In this document: positions 21,101-30,331 of the stretch, one piece after another
Layout: each line of letters opens with the position of its first letter
Numbering within the stretch: the first letter of the stretch is position 1
Made by a program: the position numbers and the translations under genes
NCBI GenBank assembly: GCA_024346625.1
Contig: AP024667.1
Span: 868,001-932,000 of the forward strand
Source: Williopsis jadinii
Lineage: Eukaryota
Length of the DNA: 64,000 nt
Direction: 5' to 3'
The notes under the pieces: generated by a model
Databases searched by the model: none
What the model saw: only the letters and a program-made list of their open reading frames with translations
What the model was told of the DNA's origin: nothing

Positions 21101-23410
21101 TACTTTGCAACTCAACAAAAGGCTGAATTCTTTACATTGAAGGGTATGTTCTTAGCCAAGTTGAAGGCACAAGATGAAGCAAACCAGGCATTTGCTACTG
21201 CTGTTCAAATCGACTTGAACTTGGCAAAGGCATGGGCTGAATGGGGTCACTTCAACGATCACCGTTTGAAAGAATCTCCGAATGAGATTGTTTATGCGAA
21301 CAACGCTATCAGTTGTTTCTTACAGGCTGCTGGATTGTACAAGAGTGCCAAGTCGAGAAAGTTGTTATGTCGTGTCTTGTGGTTGGTCAGCTTGGACGAC
21401 TCTACTGGTGCTTTATCACAAGCTTTTGAGTCTTATAGAGGCGAAGTCCCAGTTTGGTATTGGATCACTTTCATTCCTCAATTACTCACTTCATTGTCAC
21501 ACAGAGAGGCTAAATTGGTTCGTCAGGTGCTAATTAGAATCGCAAAAACTTACCCTCAAGCTCTTCACTTCCAATTGAGAACTACAAAGGAAGATTTTGC
21601 TGTTATTCAAAGACAAGCGATAGCTGTTGCCAATCGTCAAGGTGCTGCAAACAGCAACAGTCAATCGAGCCAATCTGGGAACAATGCCACCGCTTCACAA
21701 GGTCCTACTGCTGGTGGAGCACTTCCAGGTAATAATGGAATTCAAACGGCGTCAACTAGTAATGGAATACGCCAACCTTGGGAATATGTCGAAGAGATCA
21801 TGGGTATCCTCAAAACTGCCTATCCTTTGTTGGCATTGTCACTTGAGTCATTGGTTGATCAGATTAACCACAGATTCAAATGCCATGCAGACGAGGATGC
21901 GTACAGACTGGTGATTGCACTGTTGAACGATGGTATTCAGTATCAGAGCCGTTTGCCAAATCCAAGAGAGGATGCCAAACTACCACCAACTACAGAGGCC
22001 AATATCACCAGATTTGCAGATACCGTATTGCCTAAGCACATCAGATCAGAATTTGACAAGGATTTTGTTGAGTCAAAGCCTAACTTGGAGACCTATATCA
22101 GCAAGTTGAGAAGATGGAGAGATCGTCTCGAAGATAAATTGGATCGCAGATTTTCTAGTGTTAATCTTGAAAGCGTTTGTCCACATCTCAGTGAGTTCCA
22201 TCATCAAAAGTTTGAAGATATCGAGATTCCAGGCCAATATTTGTTGAACAAGGACAATAACCAACATTTCATCAAAATCGAGCGTTTCTTACCAACATTG
22301 GACCTTGTGAGAGGAACACATGCCTGTTACAAGCGCATCAAGATTCGTGGCCATGATGGTAGCTTGCACAAGTTTGCTGTTCAGTTCCCTGCTGCTCGTC
22401 ATTGCAGACGCGAGGAGAGAATATTCCAACTATACCGTATCTTCAACGGTGCGTTGTCAAAGAAAGTCCAAACGCGCCGTCGTCACATTCAACTATCCTT
22501 ACCAATAGCTGTTCCTCTTTCGCCTCATATCAGAATAATGACCGACACTGAGGACTCGATTTCTCTACAGGAAATTTATGAGGATTACTGCAAGAAGATG
22601 AACGTTAGCCGTGACCAACCGATGATCTTTTATAATGAGAAGATGAGGGACGCTGTTGATCCACATTTGCCTAAGCCAGATATCATGAGTATTAGGGTCG
22701 AAATATTGAGTTCCATCCAGTCGTTAATTGTTCCAAACAGTTTGATGAAGAACTATTTCGCCACTTTATACACCCAATTTGAAGACTTCTGGCTTTTCCG
22801 CAAACAGTTCACTTCCCAATACGCATCTTTCATGTTTATGACGTATATGATGAGCATCAACAATCGCCAGCCACACAAGATTAGCGTCAATCAGAGATCC
22901 GGTGCTGTTCTAACCTATGAGATGTTGCCATCAAAACTTGCAAGTTCAAAGACCAACAGTAATCTGTTTGCCAACACTGGATTGGACATCGATGCACAAC
23001 GTGCGGCACCTATCTTCTTCAACCCGGAGAGTGTTCCATTCAGATTGACACCGAATATTCAAACGTTGATTGGAGAAGCTGGGCTGGAAGGAATACTATC
23101 TGTCCATATGTTGTGCATTGCAAAGGCTCTGACTGAGCCGGAACCTGAGCTTGAGACGTACCTACCTCTATTTGTCCGTGACGAGACCATATCGTGGTTC
23201 ACACAACAACATCGTCCATCAGCAGATGAGCCTCAACTTCGTGAGATTGTTCGTGTTAACGTTGATCTTATCATAAAGAAGGTTCAGCAGTTGTGTATCA
23301 ACAACAACGCCAATTCTGTCACCACTCAACACGTTTTGGATCAAATCCAACAAGCTGTTAATCCAAAGCACTTGGCTGCTTTGGATCCATTATGGATGGC
23401 TTATCTCTAA
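12101..23410 (+). CDS. TRA1: SAGA/NuA4 subunit Tra1 (TRRAP; PIKK pseudokinase)
   Basis: About 3770 aa with HEAT repeats, FAT, PI3K-like domain (VPFRLTPNIQ) and FATC ending LDPLWMAYL. First ATG at 12101. Confidence 0.97.
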   Translation: MTYTAQIDSFAERLKESADYKTKYAVISELSDMIEAFTSPSDYEQYLTQFIPLYTNLLETVPMSFSSQSYEHKLRNAILEVIHRSQMNDLFQPYCVDMTELLQKLLHSENEENGVICLKILTSLFKSYKTVLTDKAEPFIQLIIEMYKNMDQLITDTFVTNQSVHNTQGSFNSPSSSSPLLSQDEPKQLGKAMSSFKTIAECPITMVTLTSSYKQLVTTSLPEFIPHIIDILKAEVPQQAEARRLAEEKNERFTSVSPAIKNRVAYGEFILGQVKAASFLAYIFIRGYSTTLLNDYTQIIPDLIMRLLMDCPSELSHARKELLHATRHILTTPYRTLFIPMLDLLFDEMVLIGDGLTAHETLRPLAYSIVADFVHNVRNELTTDKILQTITMYCNHLQDSTLALTVQIMSAKLLLNLVERIMRMSSKAEGRELFMLIIDAFTKRFQALNRQYDNIMKHHHEIEEKKQKKAISQKEALKKDNLQSFDADDEINVYLENVKKLAYANAQPKKDADDDVQMEDQNEPADSEEAVSAEETKDNEVDIFDIQREVPILISPNSSNDPLKDARYLFRTLLQFLKTISYGLKNFNPAPPVGHDENLHQKWNDFARVFSNEEVNILRQLFRECISGMRFFSTAQIKPVTSNKSMMEFTGPSLPVSSSKEEKDLMENFAIIFIHIDAATFNEIVQAEVRFLYDAMLRDSAMLHIPQFFLANENTSPNFSGLLISFLKSKLEELGSPDIVKTNILIRLFKLCFMSVNLFPALNEKVILPHLNDLILTSLKLTTTSKEPIAYFHLIRTLFRSIGGGRFENLYKEIMPLLQVLLESLNRMILSARRPQETDIYVELCLTVPVRLSVLVPHLNYLMRPLVLALNSSQELVSQGLRTLELCVDNLTAEYFDPIIEPVINDVMKALWGHLKPLPYHHQHSHTAFRILGKLGGRNRRFIKPHQDLEIISSLDQEINAKFKIEGLADPVSLSVTTGIPHAIDMLENGSLDTSYRLSAYRYISKTFMLFISSHQLPENYGSKLSAAVRLISEEKVEYEKFEVFDEIIISKQKLNREQELALRLFKSIFYATSIPELKDEVISLIKNISEHFTLIGVGKVLIEKVKNQRPFLVSDYEGKVVLSERIMFDAIIYALSSYLIDVRQAGLDAIKTIFDTSVVVFGSKEKALEFPVLRSFFNAFVHSSYDEKFYNKLASTFGLKSLVEDQGIPIAWFKSRQFELVHSMFYVLRDTNPEAPREVCENAKGLILKVLVESNKDTTEKEVLEKPFQTIIGALVYDLSNANPIVRETSQEALKALSSTTGVPISTMIEKCKNILLTPIFGKPLRALPFPMQIGNIDAITFCLGLENTFLSFNDELNRLLMEALTLVDAEDESLTSAHKVSEHRTSEQLVKLRVVCIKLLSLALTKPEFTSNQQGHTRIRILAVFFKTLCAKSTEIINASHQGLEQVLSQNAKLPKELLQNGLRPMLMNLSDHKKLTVSGLEALARLLELLITYFKVEIGRKLLDHLMAWAQPSVLNFISSQELEHNSTVKIIVAILNIFHLLPPKAYTFMEEIIRTLTYLESHLRRTQDSPFRAPIAKFLNRFPNETYQYFLQHFHVRHMGTKLAYFVALPEDVELRNHIKENLGQFYNSVAQESQHQNKCIKFANFIDLIKSLAERDENWLNENRSVLLDIFSLSQEIISFANDAPLVSPIHLYVKQAIEKLQVLFVAYFEKHSMESDIVLGFIDLLCSINIPMSTALEDFLFNCIVRSENTQLRQEYLNKSVLFATDNKGLKSRIFVLKHIFNSIILFEGLRNNNLDALAVRNAGSKIPTWLDLVHTKIWRASNEMVTNHIAGSIDNLRFEFLQLSALLIKFAPSLVADLRKDVIKFSWNLIKLEDTLTKQAAYVVTSYFISVYDTPVKIVTQVFVALLRTHTVDSRYLVRQALDLLAPVMPERMGPSGSSTGWIKWVRRVLSENNTVQNLTVYQFLIHHADIFYNARDHFIPNIITYMGKLTAMSNPAIENQNLAIELADLILNWEIKAKEDASAEDKTTGVSSTDATIAVKDEDKTTETDDSGNVGVLGSDITTPKSYAVPFAQREACITFLIRFICISSQRSSESELGQKALHILYKLLSPGFWCEVTVKLAFFEKFLVQADFSSANVLGYCLNALDVLGIALEGKTSIWIVENIGFLQNLLDKCLRSDNHDIQEGLQRVLRTILKAIVEQTGFDDKLQSDEVKAFLNLLSTIVSEDLQNTNSVAAGVTLAWTLANHYPKALDNLVQSLIRTFAKICKDHITISQSEPNSSQAEFEQKMTTKLLEKILCISSMRIGTLGDQRRIFLTLLAQLIDRSLDVRLLKNIIILVRSWVFSTTDLFPTTKEKAAILVKMLVFELRGELSLSKEFYRIIVDIFEDKSLACTELTVRMEQPFLVGTRLADFEIRSRLMSILNDSLEKDINKRLHYVIREQNWEYLSDYFWLSQAVELLYGSFDKDHILHLDDSYQFASLNQIDSIVGDAIDEPSVDLEKLLHNHDSFLKYASNIRSSDVIGPLSELFYKSSEIANKTWVNIFPAAYSSIHRREKQTFKEALVSLLSKDYHSRQAEVRPNVIQGLLEAICKCPDLQLPPHLIKYLGFSFDAWYPAINIMETIDQEPLVENTLICESNRDALIEMYASLQEDDMFYGQWRRRAKYLETNAALSFEQIGLWDKALQLYEAAQIKARSGVLPYGESEYSLWEDNWILCAEKLQHWDILTELAKHEGFTDLLLECGWRVADWTADKEPLEQSVKTVMDVPTPRRQVFETFLTLQGYSQQKENLQDLSKLCDEGIQLALRKWHSLPKRFTNAHVPLLHTLQQYVEFMEASQVYGSLLTTNAQNLDNKSQELKRILQAWRERLPNIWDDINIWNDLITWRQHAFSVINKVYMPFIPSLQQANGNNNINSYAYRGYHEIAWVINRFAHVARKHNMPDVCISQLTKIYTLPNIEIQEAFLKLREQAKCHYQNPNELNTGLDVISNTNLVYFATQQKAEFFTLKGMFLAKLKAQDEANQAFATAVQIDLNLAKAWAEWGHFNDHRLKESPNEIVYANNAISCFLQAAGLYKSAKSRKLLCRVLWLVSLDDSTGALSQAFESYRGEVPVWYWITFIPQLLTSLSHREAKLVRQVLIRIAKTYPQALHFQLRTTKEDFAVIQRQAIAVANRQGAANSNSQSSQSGNNATASQGPTAGGALPGNNGIQTASTSNGIRQPWEYVEEIMGILKTAYPLLALSLESLVDQINHRFKCHADEDAYRLVIALLNDGIQYQSRLPNPREDAKLPPTTEANITRFADTVLPKHIRSEFDKDFVESKPNLETYISKLRRWRDRLEDKLDRRFSSVNLESVCPHLSEFHHQKFEDIEIPGQYLLNKDNNQHFIKIERFLPTLDLVRGTHACYKRIKIRGHDGSLHKFAVQFPAARHCRREERIFQLYRIFNGALSKKVQTRRRHIQLSLPIAVPLSPHIRIMTDTEDSISLQEIYEDYCKKMNVSRDQPMIFYNEKMRDAVDPHLPKPDIMSIRVEILSSIQSLIVPNSLMKNYFATLYTQFEDFWLFRKQFTSQYASFMFMTYMMSINNRQPHKISVNQRSGAVLTYEMLPSKLASSKTNSNLFANTGLDIDAQRAAPIFFNPESVPFRLTPNIQTLIGEAGLEGILSVHMLCIAKALTEPEPELETYLPLFVRDETISWFTQQHRPSADEPQLREIVRVNVDLIIKKVQQLCINNNANSVTTQHVLDQIQQAVNPKHLAALDPLWMAYL

Positions 23411-23604
23411 CACTCTTATTATATGTTATTTCTAAGTGATAATTATGTTTATTTGTTTTCATTGCTAGCGTATTCAGTTGTTGTAGTTACAAGGCCGAGG
23501 TCTGTTCACCTGACAACCGAAAACCAAACAGACAAAGACGGAGAAACTCTTCACCACGTCGAAGAAAGCTTCAGTGAGTTAGTAAGGCCTTTACATTGGG
23601 AATA

Positions 23605-24282
23605 ATGACGAAATCGTCGGGTGGCAACATCAAGATATTGAGGTTTAACCAGGAGTTATTCCTCAAGTCGCCTCATGCCTCCAATTGGGCTTCATTCTTC
23701 ACAGATCTGATCAACAAGGGCTACGATTATAACAAACGATATGGTGTTATTGAATCCACGCGGATCAAGGACTCTTCAGTCTTCATGACAGACCTTGGGC
23801 TTCACAAGCCCGAGTCCTTTATGCTTCTGCTGGTCTATGAAGGAGACAGATCATCCATTGATGAATCGCTTAGAACCCCAAGTAAACATATCCCAATTGA
23901 GAACGTTGGTATGGAGGTTGAGCCCGCTATCAACGAAGATAGCGTGCTAGGCACAATCGGAGGGAAGCTACACGAGGACTCAGAGCTCGGCACAGGATGG
24001 GAGCTCACCGGCGTAGTATCGTTCTACAGGGGAGTCGGACGAGTTCTCATAGAGAGAATCACATCGTTGGCAAAGGAACAGGGCAAATCGCACCTGTTCT
24101 GTACCGTTATCTACGAACATGGCTTGTTAGATTACTATTCCAAGTTCGGATTCGTCGAGTGCCAACGCCGCCTATTACAAACCATCGACACTGAAACAGG
24201 CATGGTCCAAGGTGGTGACCTAGAAGATGGCATATGCGCATTGAGAGACTTCCACATAGCTTTTCTAAGCAAACGCCTATAG
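23605..24282 (+). CDS. GNAT-family N-acetyltransferase
   Basis: Motif A YRGVGRVL and motif B LLDYYSKFGF. Confidence 0.75.
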   Translation: MTKSSGGNIKILRFNQELFLKSPHASNWASFFTDLINKGYDYNKRYGVIESTRIKDSSVFMTDLGLHKPESFMLLLVYEGDRSSIDESLRTPSKHIPIENVGMEVEPAINEDSVLGTIGGKLHEDSELGTGWELTGVVSFYRGVGRVLIERITSLAKEQGKSHLFCTVIYEHGLLDYYSKFGFVECQRRLLQTIDTETGMVQGGDLEDGICALRDFHIAFLSKRL

Positions 24283-24490
24283 ACTGTTCATCCGTTGTAG
24301 TGTGATGAAGTATGGTGTAACCTATGGCGTGTGGTGTTTGGATGTATACATTCGTGCAATCTGATTGGCCCGTTCGCGCGCGCTTGCAAGGTTGTCCCGA
24401 GACACACTTGAGAAGGGGTTTGTCTAAGGCTTTGACACGCTCTCTTTTGTCCAATTGGTGTTTCAATTGAAGGTTGTACACGGGGAAAAG

Positions 24491-25963
24491 ATGTCATTGG
24501 AGGACCGCCTATCACAAGGAGTCAAGTATGATGCGCTCAAGAACCAGGGCACGAAACCTGTTTCCTTGAAGAAGATCGAAATCACCGGTGGTGATTTCTC
24601 AAATCACTTCTACGACAAGCTTCTCTCTCCTGCCCTGACTGTCAAGGACGGGGTCCAATTGACCGTGTTGGACGACGAGCTGACTTCCATCCAGCAGAGA
24701 CTGCTGTATACCGGGCTGTTCAGAGACGTCTCTGTGAAGTTGGACCTCGATGGCGTTCCACAAGTGCCAACCCTGCTACAAGGAGCTCCACAGCAACCTG
24801 GCTCATCGTCTAAGCCATTGCCTGTCAAGGCCACCATCCTTCTGAAGGAGTTACCCCTTCTGAAGTACCAGTCATTCTCCAAGAGCACGGACAACGACGT
24901 GTCATGTGGCGTTCGCTACCTCAACCCGAACGTGTCTCAGAATGGCGACTCCTTACTCGTGGACGTCAACTTGCAATACGACCCTACCGCCAGAGCCCTC
25001 ACCAAGAACGTTTGGAGCTTGACGTACCTAGCGCCTTCCTGGATCTCATCAGAAGGCAGCAAATTCGTCCTGACACCTGCTGTCTCAAGTGTGGATGCTC
25101 GTAAGTGGGCGTCTCATAAGCAGTACTCTGTGGGAGGGCTTCTTGGGTTGCAGAGACTGTGCTTCAAGAAATGTGGCGACTCCATCATAACAAATGGCCT
25201 GATTGGTGAGTTGAGACAGGTCACGGACATCTCAAACAACGCCAGCGATGCGATCCGCACGTACGCTGGCGGTGATCTAAAGCTCGGGTTCCAGTCCCAT
25301 TTGGGCCATGATACAAGAGAGTACGTTGGTAGGTTCACACGTGATGGTTCGTATGGTGAGCTCAACCTGGAGCTCTCAGGTCACAACTCCGTGGACTACT
25401 CGCACGGCTCGCAAGAGGAGATCAAACTGCAGCCTTTCATCAAATCCGTGGGCCACTATGAAGGCGCAAGATCTTTCTTCTGTGATAACTTCACGCTTGG
25501 ATACACCGTGGACACCGGCTTCATCAAATCTCTGATCAACGCGGACGACAAGCTACACATCTCTGACAAGTTTCTCCTCGGAGGGCTGGGTTCGCTCCAG
25601 GGGTTCCGCTTGAACAGCGTTGGGCTGAAGAGCGGCCATGATTACGTCGGCGGCTCATCTCTCTTCAAGGCAGACTTGAGATTGTTTACAAGATTGCCAA
25701 ACACCAAGCGCGAGTCTCCACTGAGATTGTACAACTACGTGAACTTTGGTGATGTCTATGAGACAAAGACGTTGTCAGCATTAGGAGATTTGATTGCATC
25801 TGGTGATTTCATCACCAAGAGCGCAATGTCCACAGGCGTCGGCTTATCCTACAAGGCCGACAATGCTACGCTTGACCTGTCATATAACGTTCCTTTATCA
25901 TCGAGAAGCCAAGATAGCGCCAGCCCAGGGCTGAACTTTGCCGTTACGCTGAACTTCAAGTGA
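24491..25963 (+). CDS. SAM50: Mitochondrial SAM complex core subunit (Omp85 family)
   Basis: POTRA-like N-terminus, DKFLLGG..SLQGF..NSVG......YVGG loop-6 motif, C-terminal beta-signal. ATG at 24491. Confidence 0.88.
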   Translation: MSLEDRLSQGVKYDALKNQGTKPVSLKKIEITGGDFSNHFYDKLLSPALTVKDGVQLTVLDDELTSIQQRLLYTGLFRDVSVKLDLDGVPQVPTLLQGAPQQPGSSSKPLPVKATILLKELPLLKYQSFSKSTDNDVSCGVRYLNPNVSQNGDSLLVDVNLQYDPTARALTKNVWSLTYLAPSWISSEGSKFVLTPAVSSVDARKWASHKQYSVGGLLGLQRLCFKKCGDSIITNGLIGELRQVTDISNNASDAIRTYAGGDLKLGFQSHLGHDTREYVGRFTRDGSYGELNLELSGHNSVDYSHGSQEEIKLQPFIKSVGHYEGARSFFCDNFTLGYTVDTGFIKSLINADDKLHISDKFLLGGLGSLQGFRLNSVGLKSGHDYVGGSSLFKADLRLFTRLPNTKRESPLRLYNYVNFGDVYETKTLSALGDLIASGDFITKSAMSTGVGLSYKADNATLDLSYNVPLSSRSQDSASPGLNFAVTLNFK

Positions 25964-26251
25964 TGGACGTCTTATAAATACTATTCTATACATTGTTCTA
26001 TATACACACGCACAAGATCGGAGCAAAGCGCTTCACTCAACACGCACAGTAGGGAGTGGCGGGTAGTGTAGATGATGCTCGTCTCGGGTTATTGGTCTGG
26101 TGCTCCTTTGCAGTGGGTTTAGGTGGTGATGTGGTGGGTTCGTGGTGGTGGTTTGGTAGTGACACAGTTAACCGTTCATTCTTTGTTGATGGTAATTCTA
26201 CGTTGAGTACCATCAGCGGGAGAGTAGCACAGCAAGCGTCAAACAGACAGG

Positions 26252-26756
26252 ATGAGTGAAGTCGATAGCAATATGGACATCGATACAGGTGAGAAGCTTT
26301 GAAGATGGCACCACGTTGCTGTTGCGCCTTTGTTTATGGCTTGTTTGTACTAATAAACACGGGAAAGGCGATGATGGTACGAGGATTCCTACAACGCGTG
26401 AGGGGGTGCCTATAAAGAGATCAGTCGAGGGGTACGTAATCATAGGGACAAATATACACGAGGAGGCTACGGAGGAGGACCTGTTTGACTTCTTTACAGA
26501 GTATGGAGCTGTGAAGTCGATCCATTTGAACTTGGATAGACAGACAGGCTACGTGAAGGGTTATGTCTTTGTTGTATTTGGAGAGCTGGACGAGGCGAAG
26601 AGGGCGCTAGAGCAAGGGAACGGTGAAGATATCCTCGGTAGGAAGATCAGCCTTGAGTATGCCATTGTTGACGGTGGGGAAGATGACCAAGCACCGGGTT
26701 ATGGTGATAGAAGAAGGGAGAGAAGCCCCAGTAGGTATGGCGATTTGATGGGTTAG
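26252..26756 (+). CDS. RBM8A: Exon junction complex RNA-binding subunit Y14; exons 26252-26288 and 26368-26756
   Basis: RSVEGY..IGTNIHEEATEEDL.D.F.EYG.VK.IHLNLDRQTGYVKGY is the Y14 RRM signature; RS-like tail. Intron 26289-26367 GTGAGA...TACTAAT...AAG restores the frame. Confidence 0.9.
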
Positions 26757-26811
26757 AGCGCGCTTCAATACACATATGTGGCTCTCTTTTTAGATAAGGA
26801 GTGTAGCTATC

Positions 26812-26817
26812 ACGCGT
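26812..26817. promoter_or_regulatory. MCB element (ACGCGT) upstream of XRS2
   Basis: ACGCGT about 150 nt upstream of the ATG of a DNA-repair gene. Confidence 0.4.
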
Positions 26818-26962
26818 GTTGTTGTCAAATCATGACGATGTTGCTGTTGTTGTTGATGGAAGGGCCCACCACCATCAACAACATCACCAAAGAGCGAATT
26901 TTTTCATCATCGCTCGATACACAGCGGGAAAAGACAAGCAAGCGCCTTGCTGGAGAGGCCAA

Positions 26963-29303
26963 ATGTGGTACATACGATATTCCTACGTGGATCTCAAGTG
27001 TAAGCAACAAGTGGTGTCCCGACACGCAAAACAACCAGCTGACTAACAACTGCTTCTCTCTAGCGAATGAACTCCAGTTTAACTGCTCACTGTTGAAGAA
27101 GGGCCTGCACACAGTTGGCAGACGGCCATCCCAGGAGTTTGTTGTTAATTCAACGCTTGTGTCGAAAGAGCACCTAATATTAGATGTGAAGGATGATGAT
27201 AATGTCGTAATCAACGTTGTTGGCGGTATAACCACGATCAACGCCGACCTCATCGATAGGAGGAATCTCTCAGCATTGCAGAAGAAGACCCCAGATTCCA
27301 CGTTGATCACATCAACAACTGAAGTCACACTAGGCAAGAATGGCGTGGCGGCGTGGATTGTTAAGAAGGCGGTTAATCTAAAGATACAGAGGGACCTTGT
27401 GATGAATGAGGAGTTGCTACGTGACGTGTGTGTTAAGTGGTCTTACGATATACACAGCGACACCACACACGTTATCACCAACGTGGGGAGATTGAGGTCT
27501 TCCTCGGTATTGGAGGCCTTGGTGAGGCAAATACCCATAGTCAATGAAGAATTCGTTGCGGAACTCGTCTCCAGGATTGAACTTTTGAAGGTGAACTTTG
27601 AAGAGAACTTCCCACGGTATGAAGATTACCTCTTGGACTCTAAATTCACACCGGATGAGAGAAGGAAATCAATCTACGAAACATTGATGTTTGTATTTGT
27701 TGATGCTGAGCAGTACGAGTACCTCGATCCAATTCTATCAATGGCGGGTGCAACGTCAGAGTTGTTCGCTGCTGATGAAGAATCAGGAGAGGATGCTCTT
27801 GTCGAGTTCATCAAAGGATTGAACGTTTCAATGGCGAAGACCATTTTGATCAAACCTTCCACCAATGCTCAGAATTTCATTAAACCTGTGGGACTTGGAG
27901 GCATGGATAGCGCTAAAGTTATGAAGATGTTATCATCTGTATGCTCAAGACTGAGTTGCTTTATCATTGGTACAGATGATTTATTTGAATCCATGAAACA
28001 GGTCGAGGTGAAATTGCTGTTCCAAACTCATCAGGCTCCAGGAAAAAGACCTCAGGAAACACAGCAGCCACAGCAATCCAATAAGAAACGTCGTCGTAAT
28101 CGAGTCAAGGCCTTGGACTCGTTGGACTTCTTTGCAGGTGGGGGTAAATTTGAATCTTTGTCTACTGAGGAATCACCAAAGGTCCAAGAATCCATCGTAA
28201 TTGAGGATGAACAAGAAGATGTGCCTGAAGCCGGAAGAGTTAAGCCTGAAACGTCAGGCTCTACACATAGAAGGCGTCCAAGGGTTGAAAGCTTGGAAAA
28301 TATGATGCTCAATACATTTTCTCCCACATCAATCGTTGAAGAAACATCTATAGAAGCCATTGACGAAGATCTTGAAAAGGAAGTGCTTCTGACAAAGACA
28401 GATGAGTCTCATACAGAAAGTCTTAAATCGAATAAAGATATAATACCAGTTGAGCCCATCAACTCGAATGATGGAATAGAGCCAGTTGAGGACATCAGAC
28501 GTGATGATGGAAAATCCTTGAAGAGAAAAGCAGAGACACAGTCATTGTCATCTGCTATTGTGAACGCAAAACGTCGTGCTGATGAAAGACTGAAAGAAGA
28601 ACTGGCCATTGATATTGATGCAGCAGATCATTTGCGTGACCTGGCTATAGTTGAAGAGGTCGCAATTCCGATGCGTGATCTATCAACAAATCAGACACAA
28701 GTCACCTTGGACAATGCTAAATGGGCCAGTAGAAAGAACTTCAAGGTGTTTGTCAAGAACAGTTGCAAGAAGAGAAACAGAAGTCCAAAAGAACCAAGAA
28801 ATTTATCCTGCTTAAAGGATTATGTGCAGTTTGATGTTTATGACCCAACAAAGGACTTTAAGATTACCAAGATGGATGAAGAAATGTTAGAAGCAATTCA
28901 GCGTGACAGGGCACAGAGTGAGGAAATCGAACGAAATGAATTAACTGGAGGCACTGTTCAAGAACAGGCACCACGTGAGAACAAGCTCTTTGTTGACTCG
29001 GACTACAGTGATGACGACAATGATGAGTTGGCAGGTAGCTTCAACTTTCGTGATGCAAATGATGCTTCCAATGATGGATTGGATATGCCATTGAGAGTAC
29101 AACAAGATGCTGATGTATTTGAGCCGATGAGAATGGAAAATATGAGTCGAAATACTGAGCAAGTTTCAGAAGCGAGTGAATCATCTGGCATGGGAATTTC
29201 ATGCGACAGGACACCTGTTATTCAAAGAATCTCAGCTGATGGTGATAATAGTGACGATGACGATGATGATGACGATGATTTACGCTTCAAATTCCAGAGA
29301 TGA
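26963..29303 (+). CDS. XRS2: MRX complex subunit Xrs2/Nbs1; exons 26963-26999 and 27064-29303
   Basis: Spliced N-terminus MWYIRYSY...TVGR...VSKEH (FHA). Intron 27000-27063 GTAAGC...GACTAAC...TAG. Mre11-binding RKNFKVFVK; acidic C-terminus with FKF Tel1-binding motif. Confidence 0.9.
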
Positions 29304-30331
29304 CCCAGAAACCCAAATCCACAAGTTCCGAGTTTCCTGAAGTAATTCAAATGTTGTCTGTTATCACTGGTAAAGGGTACACCAGCTGAACAACCTTCAT
29401 CTTCATGGCCGTCACAGTACACAACGTTCTGTAACTGTGGGGTATACTTCCTCACCAGTGATTCATTTATGAAAATCTCATTACCAGAATGCTCAAACTG
29501 TGACCCGGATAACCAGTTACGATTATCGTACATGGGCAACTTCACAACTGGGTCATTTCGATGCGTTATTCTTAGGATACTACCCTCAATGAAAGGCTCA
29601 TCAAGATCCAGCTTCAAAGTGGAATCTATGAACTGTGCAAATTGTGGGTTTCCAACCATTGGCTGACCCATCGTAACCACCTTAATGTCCTTTGAGTCGT
29701 CCAACAGAGCCAATTTCAACCCAATAAAGACACTTATAGCGCCTCCTAATGAGTGGCCCATGACCCGAACCTCATAGTCCGGATACAACTGGGTATAATA
29801 ATCAACATGGGTTTTGATCCCATCCCATGTCAGTAGATAGCTCATGTAGAATCCCTTATGAACCTTGCAGTTAACGCAAGTCGACGGCGATTCTTGATAG
29901 GCAACCATTTCAGTATTGAGATCTGTCAAGGTGTCCTTGAACGACCTCGTCCCCCTCAAAACTATGAGGATCATCAACTGTTCATGCCAGATAGCCATAT
30001 AACCTGAGGTTTCCAGAAGCGACTGTGACGGACCTCGTAGGGGCAACCGTCCTTCGGAGGACCACTGATGCACAACCTCAATGTCATGAAACGAATCACA
30101 GTCATTGTCGCATTGGAAAGGCGGCGATATCCCAGATACCGGCGAGATACAGTACCTAAATGTGTGTGTTAGTCCTACTTATACGTCCTATCGTCTTCCC
30201 TCCAGTACTCACGCTATATCTATCAAGTGAGCAAACGTTGTAAGATTATCATAGAGCTCTTGTGGTATATGCGTGTACTGTTGCTGTGCCAGCGCTGTTA
30301 GCACTCCTACTGCTAAGCACAAGAGCATCAT
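29222..30331 (-). CDS. LIH1: Secreted class-3 triacylglycerol lipase (YJR107W/LIH1-like); exons 30331-30213 and 30155-29222
   Basis: Signal peptide MMLLCLAVGVLTALA. Intron 30212-30156 GTGAGT...GACTAAC...TAG yields LIDIAYC. Motifs LRGTRS, VHKGF, GHSLGG, THRNDPV, HLNYF. Confidence 0.8.

Noticed and set aside
26778..27063. ORF-track N-terminus of the 841-aa ORF
   Set aside because: Read-through of promoter and intron; the spliced start MWYIRY at 26963 matches Xrs2.
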